Assembly: GCA_038245785.1 (NCBI GenBank)
Contig: JBBRSB010000001.1
Coordinates: 224,001 to 288,000, forward strand
Source: Gloeobacterales cyanobacterium
Lineage (GTDB): Bacteria > Cyanobacteriota > Cyanobacteriia > Gloeobacterales > PMM-0068
Reading direction: 5' to 3'
Length of the DNA stretch: 64,000 bases
Below the pieces are notes generated by a model. The model ran no database searches, was not told the origin of the DNA, and worked only from the letters and a program-made list of their open reading frames with translations. This document shows positions 39,356-49,863 of the stretch, piece by piece (the first letter of the stretch is position 1; each line of letters begins with the position of its first letter). The position numbers and the translations under genes were made by a program.

Positions 39356-39452
39356 GCAGTCTTTTAGCCGCAACGCAACAGGAAGTTGCGCTTAGAGATA
39401 ATACTTTTGCCATGTTTATCCCTATGGACCTGACGGAAGTAAGATTGAGTGC

Positions 39453-40844
39453 TCATTGTGTAACTGATTTAGAAGTACGAGCAGGATGCAGATTTTTAGG
39501 ATTGTAGCCTTTAACAACCAGTTGTACTGGAGGCGCTCCTGAGGTTAAACCTCGGCGCACAGGTCGCGCTGAACGGGTGTCCGCTAGCCCTAGTTCAACC
39601 TGTGACAAAATTCTGCTCAAAACCACTTTCATTTCAAATTGAGCAAAGGCCATACCAATACAACGCCGACTACCCCCACCAAAAGGCAAATATTCAAAAG
39701 GAGAAAATTGACGCTCCAAAAAGCGTTCTGGTCTAAATTCATCAGGATTTGGATATAAGTCCTCGCGGTGATGGGTGAGATAGATACAGCCGATGACTAT
39801 AGTTCCAGGTTCAAGCGAGTGTCCCATCAACGCAACAGGCAATCTAACAACCCGTGCAAAAGTCAGCATTCCCACAGGGTAGATCCGTAGGGTTTCACAA
39901 CAAACTGCATTCAGATAGGGGAGGTGCAAAAGAGCATTGGGATCGAGGGGATGAGCGAGTCCCTGAAGTTCCTGCAACAGTTGCTCGCGGACTTTTGGAA
40001 ATTTGTGAATCCAGTACAAGGCCCAGGTCAGAGCGGTGGCAGTTGTTTCATGACCCGCCACTAAAAGCGTCATCAATTCGTCGCGCAATTCTATATCCGT
40101 CATCGGCTCACCTGATTGATCCCGGGCAGCCATGAGCAACGTAAGAATATCATCACGGGAAGCGTTGGGATGGGTTCGACGCTCTGCAATTTCATCGTAG
40201 ATAAGCTGGTCTATTTTTTGTCGTCTACGAAGAAAGTGGCCCCATGGACTCAGAGGACCCAAATCCTGACGGAGGATTGGAAAAAAGAGCTGACTGACAC
40301 TCAAGGGGCTACTCATTTCATTGAGCACGGCTGCTAGAAGTTTCTCTAGTTGCTGATAGCGAGTTCCTTCGGCTAAACCAAACACAGCGCCCAAGATCAC
40401 CCGCATGGAAATAGCTTGCATGGACTCCCGAACAGAGAAGGATTTACCGACAGTCCACTTGCGTATTACCTCCTCCGTGATGTTGCCCATGAGTTGTCCG
40501 TAAGAACGCATCCGTTCGCCATGAAACGGGGGCATCATCAGCTGACGCATCCTGCGGTGGGGAGCGCCACTTAATCCAATCACCGATTGCGTTCCCAGCA
40601 ATGGTTCGAATAGACCATTGAGTGCCCCAGGAGCATCGAAGACCTTAGAATCATCACTGGTCAAAATGGTTTGCAGTGCTTGCGGATCACTGAAGAGGAC
40701 GACAGGAGCAAATTTATCACCCAGCCTTACGGTGAAGCAGTCCCCATAGTCACGGTTACAGGCACGCATAAATGAAAATGGATTTTTAATCCAGTGGAGC
40801 ATTTGCACAATGGCTGGAGTTTTTGGACCATCAGGGAGTGACAT
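39453..40844 (-). CDS. Cytochrome P450 (CYP110-like)
   Basis: AGHETT, ETLR, PERF, PFGGGSRRCIG. Confidence 0.95.
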   Translation of the reverse strand: MSLPDGPKTPAIVQMLHWIKNPFSFMRACNRDYGDCFTVRLGDKFAPVVLFSDPQALQTILTSDDSKVFDAPGALNGLFEPLLGTQSVIGLSGAPHRRMRQLMMPPFHGERMRSYGQLMGNITEEVIRKWTVGKSFSVRESMQAISMRVILGAVFGLAEGTRYQQLEKLLAAVLNEMSSPLSVSQLFFPILRQDLGPLSPWGHFLRRRQKIDQLIYDEIAERRTHPNASRDDILTLLMAARDQSGEPMTDIELRDELMTLLVAGHETTATALTWALYWIHKFPKVREQLLQELQGLAHPLDPNALLHLPYLNAVCCETLRIYPVGMLTFARVVRLPVALMGHSLEPGTIVIGCIYLTHHREDLYPNPDEFRPERFLERQFSPFEYLPFGGGSRRCIGMAFAQFEMKVVLSRILSQVELGLADTRSARPVRRGLTSGAPPVQLVVKGYNPKNLHPARTSKSVTQ

Positions 40845-41124
40845 AATCGTTTCCCCTTGAAGATTTACCTTCTTTGTGACAAAAAAGTTGATGTTTACGA
40901 AGGTGCGCAGGTGATTCTAACGTTTAAACTAATGGGACGAAAGAATCAGTAGTTCCAGCCAAAATGAACAGGCTGTATTCTTAATAAAGAAAGGCGAGTA
41001 CTTAGTTGAAATACTTCCCAACTAAGATCATAATAAGAGTCTAAAAATTTGCAAGTAATAAATAAAAAGCTCTCTTTTATTGGTTTCCAGTATAAGTAAC
41101 GAATCCTGTGGTGGAATGCTGCCT

Positions 41125-41679
41125 ATGCGTCTTTTCATCGGTATTTTGCTGGACGATGCAATCAAGGCAAGAGTTTCAGCGGTACAGCAAGCCCTCAAAC
41201 TACGTCTCGCAGATCAGTCCATCCGCTGGGTCAAACCCGAAAATTTGCACATTACCCTGCAATTTTTAGGTGAACAAAATCCAGACCGCTTATCGGTTAT
41301 TCAAACTGCTATGCAAGAATCGGCACAGGCCCACAGCCCATTTGAGATTAGTTTGGGTGGTTTGGGAGCCTTCCCCAACTTGCGTCGTTCCTTAGTCCTT
41401 TGGGTTGGTGTAGAAACGGGTGAGGAGCACTTAGGCAGACTAGCAAAGGATTTAGAAACAGCACTTGCGCCCAACCTAGTTGAGCGAGAACCTAGGAAAT
41501 TTCACGCCCATGTGACGTTGGCCCGATTTAAAACTCCTGTGCAAGACTTGGAGAACATTGTTAATCAAGAGCCAACCCCAAAATTAGGAAATCTATCGAT
41601 AAAAAGTTTTAGCCTGATGCAAAGTCAACCTAACGCTGACTCTCCGCAGTATTTAGAGCTGAAGCGGGTGGATTTCTGA
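41125..41679 (+). CDS. thpR: RNA 2',3'-cyclic phosphodiesterase (2H family)
   Basis: MRLFIGI, HITL and HVTL motifs. Confidence 0.92.
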   Translation: MRLFIGILLDDAIKARVSAVQQALKLRLADQSIRWVKPENLHITLQFLGEQNPDRLSVIQTAMQESAQAHSPFEISLGGLGAFPNLRRSLVLWVGVETGEEHLGRLAKDLETALAPNLVEREPRKFHAHVTLARFKTPVQDLENIVNQEPTPKLGNLSIKSFSLMQSQPNADSPQYLELKRVDF

Positions 41680-41762
41680 GCATAGTTGCCTCGTCAGAGG
41701 AAAAACCCAATTACGGCTTACGGGTTAGTAGATCTAGGAAGTTGGAAATGGGGCAGGTTTCA

Positions 41763-42998
41763 TTAGCTATTCCGTACAGAGCGCCAGCCCAAGATAGATG
41801 CAAGACTTTTAGTGGCACCAACGAATCCTTGGATTTGGTAACCTAGGTAAACTCGAATCGCCCACTCCTTTATATAGTCCTTAGGAACGAAAAGAAATAA
41901 ACATTTGAGCGTTGACCAAACACCTTGGGTTGCATAAGTAGTAGAAATGATTTCGGATAAACTCTTAAAAAATCTTGGCTTTTCATCTCCTATCCAAAGC
42001 AAGGGTTCGCTGTCCCACGGATCAAAAACAATAAATTTTGAGGAAAAGTTCCAGTGTGGACGAACAAACATCTGACCACGTTCATTTAATAAACAAGCGG
42101 CAAAGCTGAAAATGCTATTGCTCGTGGCAACAATGTCACAATTGCTCAAGATAAAAAAATCAACATAGAACTCTATATTTGCGTTTTGCATTCTTTCTGG
42201 GAGTTGCACCTGTAAATCTCGTGAGGTGATAGGAGAAAATTTCTCAAAAGCAGGCAGAATCCGATCGAGATCATCACTGCATAGAAAGAGAACGGGGTCT
42301 TCTAATTCATTCCAGATTTTGTCCAACCATTCGCAGTACCAGCTTTCAGGAAAAACTAAAGTAAATCCTGTTCGTGCTTGAGTAATATAATCACCTCGAC
42401 GAATATGAATTCCAATAATTGTTTTGCCTTTGGAGCGAAGAATTTGCAGACCTTCTTCCAAGGGGGATTTCAAGTCACTCACAGGTTGAAATAGTGAGCG
42501 AATATAGTCCTGGTAGGGAGCAAGTAAATGAGTTGATATCTGGAAGAAACCCCACAAGTCGACATTTGTGATGCCCTGTTCAAGAGTCTCTGCGCCAATG
42601 CGACGTATCTTTGTTCCGGCAAGTTTTTCAATGTGAGGGACAAGTTCTGGAACTATATCAAATAAGATCTCTTCATTATTTTTACGCTCAATGGCAGGTT
42701 CTAACCGACGGGAAATTGGAGCGTCATCATGTCCAAATAAAGTTTGTCCAATCCAGGGTGGGCATTCTACTAAAGATCCAGTTTTGTGGGCACAGATTCG
42801 AAGAAAAGCATACTGAAAAAGCTGATTACCAAATCGTCCCAATTGTCCTAAAGAAGACATGGTTAAAATTGATTGACCGGAGCCTTCAATGTCAGCATCC
42901 GGTGGAGATTGAACCTCCTTAGAATCTTTATTAAAAGTTTCAAAAATATCGAAGACTCGCTCTGTTTCACTTTCAGTTCTGTATTTAGGATTAGTCAT
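41763..42998 (-). CDS. GT11 alpha-1,2-fucosyltransferase-like protein
   Basis: GRFGNQLFQYA, GIHIRRGDY, LCSDD, SNSIFS; hydrophobic C-terminal extension. Confidence 0.85.
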   Translation of the reverse strand: MTNPKYRTESETERVFDIFETFNKDSKEVQSPPDADIEGSGQSILTMSSLGQLGRFGNQLFQYAFLRICAHKTGSLVECPPWIGQTLFGHDDAPISRRLEPAIERKNNEEILFDIVPELVPHIEKLAGTKIRRIGAETLEQGITNVDLWGFFQISTHLLAPYQDYIRSLFQPVSDLKSPLEEGLQILRSKGKTIIGIHIRRGDYITQARTGFTLVFPESWYCEWLDKIWNELEDPVLFLCSDDLDRILPAFEKFSPITSRDLQVQLPERMQNANIEFYVDFFILSNCDIVATSNSIFSFAACLLNERGQMFVRPHWNFSSKFIVFDPWDSEPLLWIGDEKPRFFKSLSEIISTTYATQGVWSTLKCLFLFVPKDYIKEWAIRVYLGYQIQGFVGATKSLASILGWRSVRNS

Positions 42999-43498
42999 TT
43001 ATGAATTGGTTGATTTTAGTGATTTTTAGGCAATTTACGTACATTATACTGGATTTGCATCGGCTCGAATACAAAAGTTTATATGACTAAAATTTTATTT
43101 AAGGGATTCAAATTGTTCAATACCGCAAGCCGAACCCTAAGGAAATATGAAGCAATGAATACAATTCGCAAAGCATAAGTGAAAGGAATGGCTCGCGGGG
43201 ACAGGGTAGCTCAAGCCAGGTTTATTTCTAAACTCTTGGGCGTTGCGGCTTAAATCGGCGGATGGCAAAGAGTTATTTTTTCCTTGAATTTTATCTGCAA
43301 CAGAATCAATATGGAGAGGACATAGTCGAGATTCTGGATTGGAAGTCTGGCAGCATTGCCTCAATCCTTTCCCCAAACGAGATCGATAGCACGAATCACT
43401 CCTCCTCTGCATTTTGGAGGGTTGTGCTGCGGCCTCTAATTCTAATTCAGTTTCAATCTGGTTAACCAAGATTTTCACTGTCCCTACGAACTATAACC

Positions 43499-44899
43499 AT
43501 GGCCTCTACTATTAATTTTCGTGAATCGAATACCCCTTATCTCATTCTGATCACTGGGGCTGCTGCCCTTGGCGGCTTTCTGTTCGGTTATGACACTGCT
43601 GTAATTAATGGTGCTGTTGCAGCGCTGGCAAAAGCTTTCAACATCTCTAGCTGGGCGACTGGTCTGGCCGTCTCTCTAGCGTTGCTGGGAGCTGCAGTGG
43701 GAGCCTTCTACGCTGGGAAAGTCGCAGACCACTATGGTCGGGTAAGGGTAATGGTGATTGCGGCGACGTTATTTACTATTAGTGCCATTGGCTCTGGGCT
43801 CGCCTTTACCATCTGGGATTTTATTTTTTGGCGTTTATTGGGTGGCGTTGCCGTGGGTACTGCTAGCGTAGTTGCACCTGCTTACATTGCCGAATGTTCC
43901 CCTGCCCATCTACGCGGAAGGCTTGGCTCGCTTCAGCAGCTGGCGATCGTATTTGGGATTTTCATCGCGCTACTCTGCGATTACTTTATTGCGGTATCAG
44001 CCGGTTCAGCAGAGTCCCCGTTTTGGTTTGGAATTCCCGCTTGGCGCTGGATGTTTTGGACAGCAGCCCCGCCAGCCATACTTTATGGAATGGCAGCTTT
44101 GACGATTCCTGAATCTCCTCGATATTTGGTTGCCAAAAGCCGGGAGTTAGAAGCGGCTGACGTTCTGACCAAGATTTTAGGAGGGAATGTAGCAGTAAAA
44201 ATCGAAGAAATTCGACAAACGGTGCTTCGAGAGCGTGAACCTAGTCTTTCTGACCTCTTGGGAAGCAATGGCAACCTCTTACCCATCGTCTGGCTAGGAA
44301 TAGGCTTGTCTGTATTGCAGCAATTTGTTGGCATTAACGTAATCTTCTACTACAGCAGCATTTTGTGGCGGGCAGTCGGGTTCTCAGAACAAAGTTCCCT
44401 CGCCATTACGATGATCACTGGAGCCACCAATATTGTCACGACGCTGATTGCAATCGCCTTTGTCGACAGGTTTGGTCGCAAACCTTTGCTCTTGTTGGGG
44501 TCGTTCGGTATGACCCTGACCTTAGGGACGTTAGCTTTTGTTTTTGCAACCGCACCGCTGGATGCTGCGGGTAATCCTGCGCTAACTGGTTCTGCTGGTA
44601 TTGCCGCACTAGTAGCCGCTAATCTCTATGTATTTTGTTTCGGGTTCTCCTGGGGACCCGTGGTATGGGTGATGTTGGGCGAAATGTTCAACAATAAGAT
44701 TCGAGCAGCTGCCCTTGCCGTTGCTGCCTCCGCACAATGGATTGCAAACTTTATCGTGTCTACGACCTTTCTTCCGCTACTTCAATATTTTGGGTTGGGT
44801 GCTGCTTACGGTATCTATACCATCGCAGCCGCTAGCTCATTCTTCTTCGTTTTCTTTCTGCTTAAGGAAACCAAAGGGATTGAGTTAGAAGATATGTAA
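43499..44899 (+). CDS. glcP: Sugar porter family MFS transporter (GlcP-like)
   Basis: GFLFGYDTAVING, PESPR, QQFVGINVIFYY, DRFGRK, ETKG. Confidence 0.88.
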   Translation: MASTINFRESNTPYLILITGAAALGGFLFGYDTAVINGAVAALAKAFNISSWATGLAVSLALLGAAVGAFYAGKVADHYGRVRVMVIAATLFTISAIGSGLAFTIWDFIFWRLLGGVAVGTASVVAPAYIAECSPAHLRGRLGSLQQLAIVFGIFIALLCDYFIAVSAGSAESPFWFGIPAWRWMFWTAAPPAILYGMAALTIPESPRYLVAKSRELEAADVLTKILGGNVAVKIEEIRQTVLREREPSLSDLLGSNGNLLPIVWLGIGLSVLQQFVGINVIFYYSSILWRAVGFSEQSSLAITMITGATNIVTTLIAIAFVDRFGRKPLLLLGSFGMTLTLGTLAFVFATAPLDAAGNPALTGSAGIAALVAANLYVFCFGFSWGPVVWVMLGEMFNNKIRAAALAVAASAQWIANFIVSTTFLPLLQYFGLGAAYGIYTIAAASSFFFVFFLLKETKGIELEDM

Positions 44900-44925
44900 G
44901 TAGCTAAGTGGAATTAAGAAGACCC

Positions 44926-46089
44926 CTATAGTCCCCTACCCTTGGGAAAGGCTTTGCCTAGGGCAAGGGGGACGGCGATAGCCGGAGGTTCGCCGAGGAG
45001 CACTCTATTCAATCGGCAGGGTACCGTTGCTTCGCCTTTCCAATCAGTGAGTGTAGTTTCATTTTTATACTGGCGATGCGTTTGCAGCAATAAGCTCCAA
45101 GCTTCGCTGGCATTAAGGATGTAATCGGACCGCTCAGGATAGTGGATTTTGATCAAGTCTTGAACGATTGGATAGTAGTCAGAGTTTAACCCAGGAAAAA
45201 TATGATGTTCTGCGTGATAAGAAAAGTTTAGATGTAGCAGATCGAACAGCTTAGGAACTTTAATCGAAACACTATTAACCAAGGGATCATTAATGCTGGT
45301 CATAGGGCACAGCATGTGATTGGTATAAACATAAAATATGATTCCCCCATAACCAATGGCTATGGGTAAGAAATAGCTAAGTATTAACTTAACGGGATGA
45401 AATTGTAGATAGGCTAGAACGCTTAAATGGAGGGCAAGAATAACGAGTGATTCTAGAGCAATTGCTCTGCGCTCTTCTATCCGAACCTTAAAAGCAGCGG
45501 GCACATAGCTTACCCGTTCGCTGTTAAATAGTAGTACCGATGTTAAATTGCGAAAGGTATAGATTCCCCAAGCACTTGCCATTCCTATCATTAGCCAGAA
45601 TTGATTAACCGTTTGGGACGGCGTAAACAAGTTTTGAATCCATTTCCCCCATGTATTAGGTTGCTGATATAAGTAATTGCGATCGGGGTCTCCAAGAGAA
45701 TTTGTTTGATTGTGATGAACCCGATTGTGAAGGAGCTTCCATAAGGTTGGTGGCATCCACAGCATCGTTAATCCTAATAGACTAATCATGCGGAGCCCAT
45801 AAGGATTTTTGATAATCCCTGTATGCATCAAATCATGGGAGCTAAAGAGTAAAACGATCACACTATTTCCCATGATCAAGGTTACAGGTAAGTAGAGCCA
45901 CAAAAGATATACAGGCCAGCGATCGAGATGCGCTGCGATCCCCCAACCCAGCAGCAAAATTGCTAGATTAATGAACAGAACTAAGACCTTGCTGCGATCG
46001 GGCAGAAAGGCTTCAGGCGGCAGGAGTGGACGCAGTTTTTTCGCGTACTCTGCCTGAAGTCTCAGGGATTGGTTTTCAACAATTTTCAT
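44926..46089 (-). CDS. Membrane fatty acid desaturase family protein
   Basis: Histidine boxes HDLMH, HNRVHH, HAEHH. Confidence 0.88.
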   Translation of the reverse strand: MKIVENQSLRLQAEYAKKLRPLLPPEAFLPDRSKVLVLFINLAILLLGWGIAAHLDRWPVYLLWLYLPVTLIMGNSVIVLLFSSHDLMHTGIIKNPYGLRMISLLGLTMLWMPPTLWKLLHNRVHHNQTNSLGDPDRNYLYQQPNTWGKWIQNLFTPSQTVNQFWLMIGMASAWGIYTFRNLTSVLLFNSERVSYVPAAFKVRIEERRAIALESLVILALHLSVLAYLQFHPVKLILSYFLPIAIGYGGIIFYVYTNHMLCPMTSINDPLVNSVSIKVPKLFDLLHLNFSYHAEHHIFPGLNSDYYPIVQDLIKIHYPERSDYILNASEAWSLLLQTHRQYKNETTLTDWKGEATVPCRLNRVLLGEPPAIAVPLALGKAFPKGRGL

Positions 46090-46198
46090 AAACTTATAGG
46101 TGAATGAACTACTTTAAAGCGAGGCTGTGGTCATTTTTTCCGATGAAACTATAATAGAACTCTCCAATCCAGCTCTCAAGACTAAGTGGAGGTTGAGT

Positions 46199-47332
46199 AT
46201 GACGTCTACCCCTGTGTCGCAAGATTTTCAAAAACATATCCCTTTGATTGGGGATATCAATGTAAAAGATCCAATGGCCTATCAAGCAACTCGTGGTGTT
46301 GTTTCCGTAGTCAATGCAGTACAAATGGCCGTGGCAGAAGCGTACATTAATGGATTGGAAGTTCCTGACTCTACGCTGAAAACACTTTTTAATACTTGTA
46401 TGCCTGTATTTTTTAAGAATTTCCCTGCTCTACTGGCACCCTATGAGTGGGTCCTAAAAGAAACGGACCATTTGGCAGAAGGTTCACGGGAACTGATGGA
46501 TGTTCAATATGATCGGCCTCAGGAAATGTTGAACCCGATGCTAGGAGATTGGCCCCTCATCTATCCTAAATACAGCATGGGCTTATGGGAGAAGGGAGCC
46601 CCCAATCTAGAAGTGTCTCAAATGCATATGATTGATGACATGATTGAAAAAATGGATATCCAAGATGGGGATAACATCCTAGACTTTGGCTGTGGTTGGG
46701 GCTGCGTCCCAAACTATATCCTTTCCAAGTTTCCCAACGTCCGATTTACGGGGCTAAATCTAAGTCATTACCAATGCGAATATATGCGTAAAAAAATGCA
46801 AGACCCAGAGAGCCACTTAAGTTCAGGGAGATTCACCTTGCATGAAGGCGATTTGAATGACGCTCAATTTGATGAAAAGTTTGACAAAATTCTCTCCGTT
46901 GGGGTGTTCTGCCATGTTGGAAATTTAACTCAGTCATTCCGAAAACTAGCCTCTTTCTTGAAGGAAAATGGCACCGTTTTCATTCATATCATCACGGTTC
47001 GCACCCCAAACAATATTTCAAGTCCATTTACGCATAAGTATATTTTCCCGTATGGACGCTACTGGAACTACGATGCCGTTCCCAACCATAATAAAGACCT
47101 GAAAACTACTCAGCGCTGGTACTTGAATGGTATTAACTACCACAAAACCTTCATGGCCTGGCTAGATAATTTTGATGCCAACCAGGACCTTGTTAAAAAT
47201 CTGGACTATGGCATGGACTATGCCCGGTTCCGGCGGATTTGGAGATTTTATCTACTTTGGCTAGGAACCAACTTTGCAACATGTGATGGCGAATACAATG
47301 GGAACGGCCAATATCTGATGGTGCACGCCTAA
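46199..47332 (+). CDS. SAM-dependent methyltransferase, cyclopropane fatty acid synthase / CNMT-like
   Basis: KYSMGLW, ILDFGCGWG, FDKILSVG, KYIFP, RIWRFYL; GGAGG RBS before ATG at 46199. Confidence 0.85.
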   Translation: MTSTPVSQDFQKHIPLIGDINVKDPMAYQATRGVVSVVNAVQMAVAEAYINGLEVPDSTLKTLFNTCMPVFFKNFPALLAPYEWVLKETDHLAEGSRELMDVQYDRPQEMLNPMLGDWPLIYPKYSMGLWEKGAPNLEVSQMHMIDDMIEKMDIQDGDNILDFGCGWGCVPNYILSKFPNVRFTGLNLSHYQCEYMRKKMQDPESHLSSGRFTLHEGDLNDAQFDEKFDKILSVGVFCHVGNLTQSFRKLASFLKENGTVFIHIITVRTPNNISSPFTHKYIFPYGRYWNYDAVPNHNKDLKTTQRWYLNGINYHKTFMAWLDNFDANQDLVKNLDYGMDYARFRRIWRFYLLWLGTNFATCDGEYNGNGQYLMVHA

Positions 47333-48166
47333 TTGAGCAACAAGCAAATTCCCAACCAAAATTTCTGGAGCCAGGTTTTAGACTGTGCTAAAGCCATTAC
47401 TCAGCAAGCTGGGCAGCAGCTTTTGGCTGATTTCGGCAAAGTTCAGGCTTCCCAAAAAGCCGATGGCAGCCTGGTCACCCAGGCAGACCAGTGGGCAGAC
47501 CACTATCTCCGAGAACAGATTACCGCTGTCTTCCCAGACCATGGCTTGCTAACCGAAGAAAATGAGCAGGTTTTCCCAGACAAAGACTGGTGCTGGGTCG
47601 TTGATCCTCTGGATGGCACGACCAATTTCACGCGAGGGATTCCGATTTGGGGCATTTCGCTTGGCTTGCTCTATCAGGGCACACCCGTTTTTGGTTATGT
47701 CCACATGCCTCCCCTCGGCCAATCTTTTCATGGTTTCTGGAATGCGCCTGGAGATTGTCCAGATGGAGCTTTTCTCAATAACCAAGCGATTCATGCCAGT
47801 GCCGATGAAATCACGGCCAATCACTTTTTTAGTTTTTGTGCCCGCAGTCTTCATCTATGGCAACCCGGTTTCCCGTGCAAAGCTCGTCTCTTGGGCAGTG
47901 CGGCCTACAACTTCCTAATGGTCGCTACGGGAGCCACTTTGGGTGGTGTAGAAGCCACCCCAAAGATTTGGGATATTGCTGGGGCTTGGGTCATAGTCCA
48001 AGCGGCTGGTGGAGTCTGGGTTCCCTTAGAATCTAAACCGATTTTTCCGCTGGTAGCAGGCCTCGACTACGGTAAACGAGGCTATCCCACCCTGGTAACC
48101 AGTCGGTCAGATCTGATTCCAAAGTTTCAGCCCTTTGTCGAAGCGTTGAGATCCCCCCTTCCATAA
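47333..48166 (+). CDS. Inositol monophosphatase family protein
   Basis: LVTQAD, WVVDPLDGTTNF, WDIAGA. Confidence 0.93.
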   Translation: MSNKQIPNQNFWSQVLDCAKAITQQAGQQLLADFGKVQASQKADGSLVTQADQWADHYLREQITAVFPDHGLLTEENEQVFPDKDWCWVVDPLDGTTNFTRGIPIWGISLGLLYQGTPVFGYVHMPPLGQSFHGFWNAPGDCPDGAFLNNQAIHASADEITANHFFSFCARSLHLWQPGFPCKARLLGSAAYNFLMVATGATLGGVEATPKIWDIAGAWVIVQAAGGVWVPLESKPIFPLVAGLDYGKRGYPTLVTSRSDLIPKFQPFVEALRSPLP

Positions 48167-48221
48167 AGGGGCAAGGCCATTTATGGCGCATCATTCTCCT
48201 ACGATAGGGGGAATCGAGGAT

Positions 48222-48959
48222 CTAATCGAACCAGCCAATATCCTGATCAGAAGTAGAGGTGGAAGAGCTTGAATCCTCTTTTTTCTGTGCCAGAGAGTGC
48301 ATCTCTTCATTAGTTGGGCGGTGATAAATTCTCGCGACAGGAAGGTTTGAGCCTTTTTCCCCTTCTTGACCCTGCGTAAGGGCCTGCATTTCTTCATTGG
48401 TGGGACGGTGGTAAATTCTGGCGGCAGGAAAGTTTGGCTTTTTCACCGCTTCCCGTTCAGCTTTTGCCTGTGTAAGGGCCTGCATCTCTTCATTGGTAGG
48501 GCGATGAAATATTTTTGGCAAGGAAGATCTGCCCTGTTTGAGGGATTCCAACTCTGCCTTGGCGCTCTCAAGTTCTCCTTGAACTTGCTCAAGGTCTGCT
48601 TTGAGCTGACTGGTTTGGTCAAGATAGGTTTGGAGCTGTTTAATGTGGGCATTTTGATGCTTGAGCTCTGATTGCAAATCAGTAACTTTCTGATGTAGCG
48701 TTGCTTCTTGACCAGCGGATTCTTGTTTATCGATTGGATCTGAAGCCGGGCTTGTCTTCGGCTCACTGGTCTTAGCCGAGGGCTTACTGGTTTTTTCCGT
48801 ATGTGTGCTCTTGGGCTCTGCTGGTGTAGTCATGGGTGATTTCTCCTCTGCTTCAGTAGGTGGTTGTTGATTATTTAGTTCGTCGGTTACAGGGGGGCTG
48901 ACTTCTGGAGCTTTTTCAGCCTCTTGCCTTAGTAGGTCTGCTAAACGTTTTCTAACCAT
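48222..48959 (-). CDS. mcdB: McdB-like carboxysome positioning adaptor
   Basis: Basic N-terminal MVRKRLADLL, disordered linker, Q-rich coiled coil, C-terminal Trp (IGWFD); directly downstream of the ParA gene. Confidence 0.7.
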   Translation of the reverse strand: MVRKRLADLLRQEAEKAPEVSPPVTDELNNQQPPTEAEEKSPMTTPAEPKSTHTEKTSKPSAKTSEPKTSPASDPIDKQESAGQEATLHQKVTDLQSELKHQNAHIKQLQTYLDQTSQLKADLEQVQGELESAKAELESLKQGRSSLPKIFHRPTNEEMQALTQAKAEREAVKKPNFPAARIYHRPTNEEMQALTQGQEGEKGSNLPVARIYHRPTNEEMHSLAQKKEDSSSSTSTSDQDIGWFD

Positions 48960-48962
48960 TAG

Positions 48963-49595
48963 TCAGTTCCCCCAATCACGTTGTAGTTCATCGGCCACGC
49001 GACGATAGTCTGCTTCAGCTTCTTGAGCATTTTTTCCTCTCCAGTTTGCAATTGATACACCTTCTAGGGCTGCCCGTTCATGGGCTTTGTAGGAGCGAAC
49101 AAAGGCATTGCAGGTGGGAATGCCTACATCCATCAAGGTCTTTTGGGCTTCCAGGGCCTCTTTCAGACTGCGGGTGTCCACCCTAGTTAGCAGAACTCGA
49201 TGAGCAACTCCTATGGGGCTGACGGCATCACGGACCGTCTCAATGAGAACGGTGAGGTCCATGGGGGCAGGCGGTGTCGGTAAAACTAAATAATCAGCGC
49301 AAGCGATTACTGCAGCTAATGCTTCGGAACGCAGCGCGGGAGGGGTGTCTACTATCACCAGTTCATAGCCCTTCGTTTTGTGTAAATCACTGAGGCGTTT
49401 TGGGTCGGTCTCTATGATCAGGTCAAAACCCATACCCTTCTCGCTCCGTCCCACCCACCAGGCTGCTGACGCTTGAGGGTCTGCATCCACTAGTAAGACC
49501 TTTTTTTTCTGTCCAAGGGCTGCGGCCAGATTAACAGACGTGGTGGTTTTCCCAACCCCACCTTTGCCATTGACGATAGCGACTATTCTCGGCAC
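48963..49595 (-). CDS. mcdA: ParA-family ATPase, McdA-like
   Basis: NGKGGVGKTT, DADPQ, DTPP; short ParA without an HTH, paired with an McdB-like gene. Confidence 0.75.
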   Translation of the reverse strand: MPRIVAIVNGKGGVGKTTTSVNLAAALGQKKKVLLVDADPQASAAWWVGRSEKGMGFDLIIETDPKRLSDLHKTKGYELVIVDTPPALRSEALAAVIACADYLVLPTPPAPMDLTVLIETVRDAVSPIGVAHRVLLTRVDTRSLKEALEAQKTLMDVGIPTCNAFVRSYKAHERAALEGVSIANWRGKNAQEAEADYRRVADELQRDWGN

Positions 49596-49863
49596 TCCCA
49601 ACCTCTTCAATCATCCTTCATCCGTTTGACTATAACGCTTTATCTGAGCCGATCGCAGGGATGTATTGTTTTGATACCTCTCCATGAACTGGAAAACCTA
49701 TGGCGAGAATGAATAAAAGGCTTTCTAAATGTAGCAAGTAGAACTAGTTATTCGAGAGATAGCCATGGATAATATGGAAAGCCGTCTACATAAATTCACA
49801 AGCCCCTCTGTTCTATTTAGCTAGAGCTAGATAATGCAGAGAAGCGGGGAGAAATCAGTCATT

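Noticed and set aside
43137..43478. Short ORFs and a tRNA-like GGTAGCTCAAG motif between GT11 and glcP
   Set aside because: No T-arm or cloverleaf and no recognisable protein motifs; probably intergenic.
48963..49610. Plasmid or chromosome partition parAB
   Set aside because: The partner gene lacks ParB motifs and shows McdB hallmarks; the context is chromosomal housekeeping.
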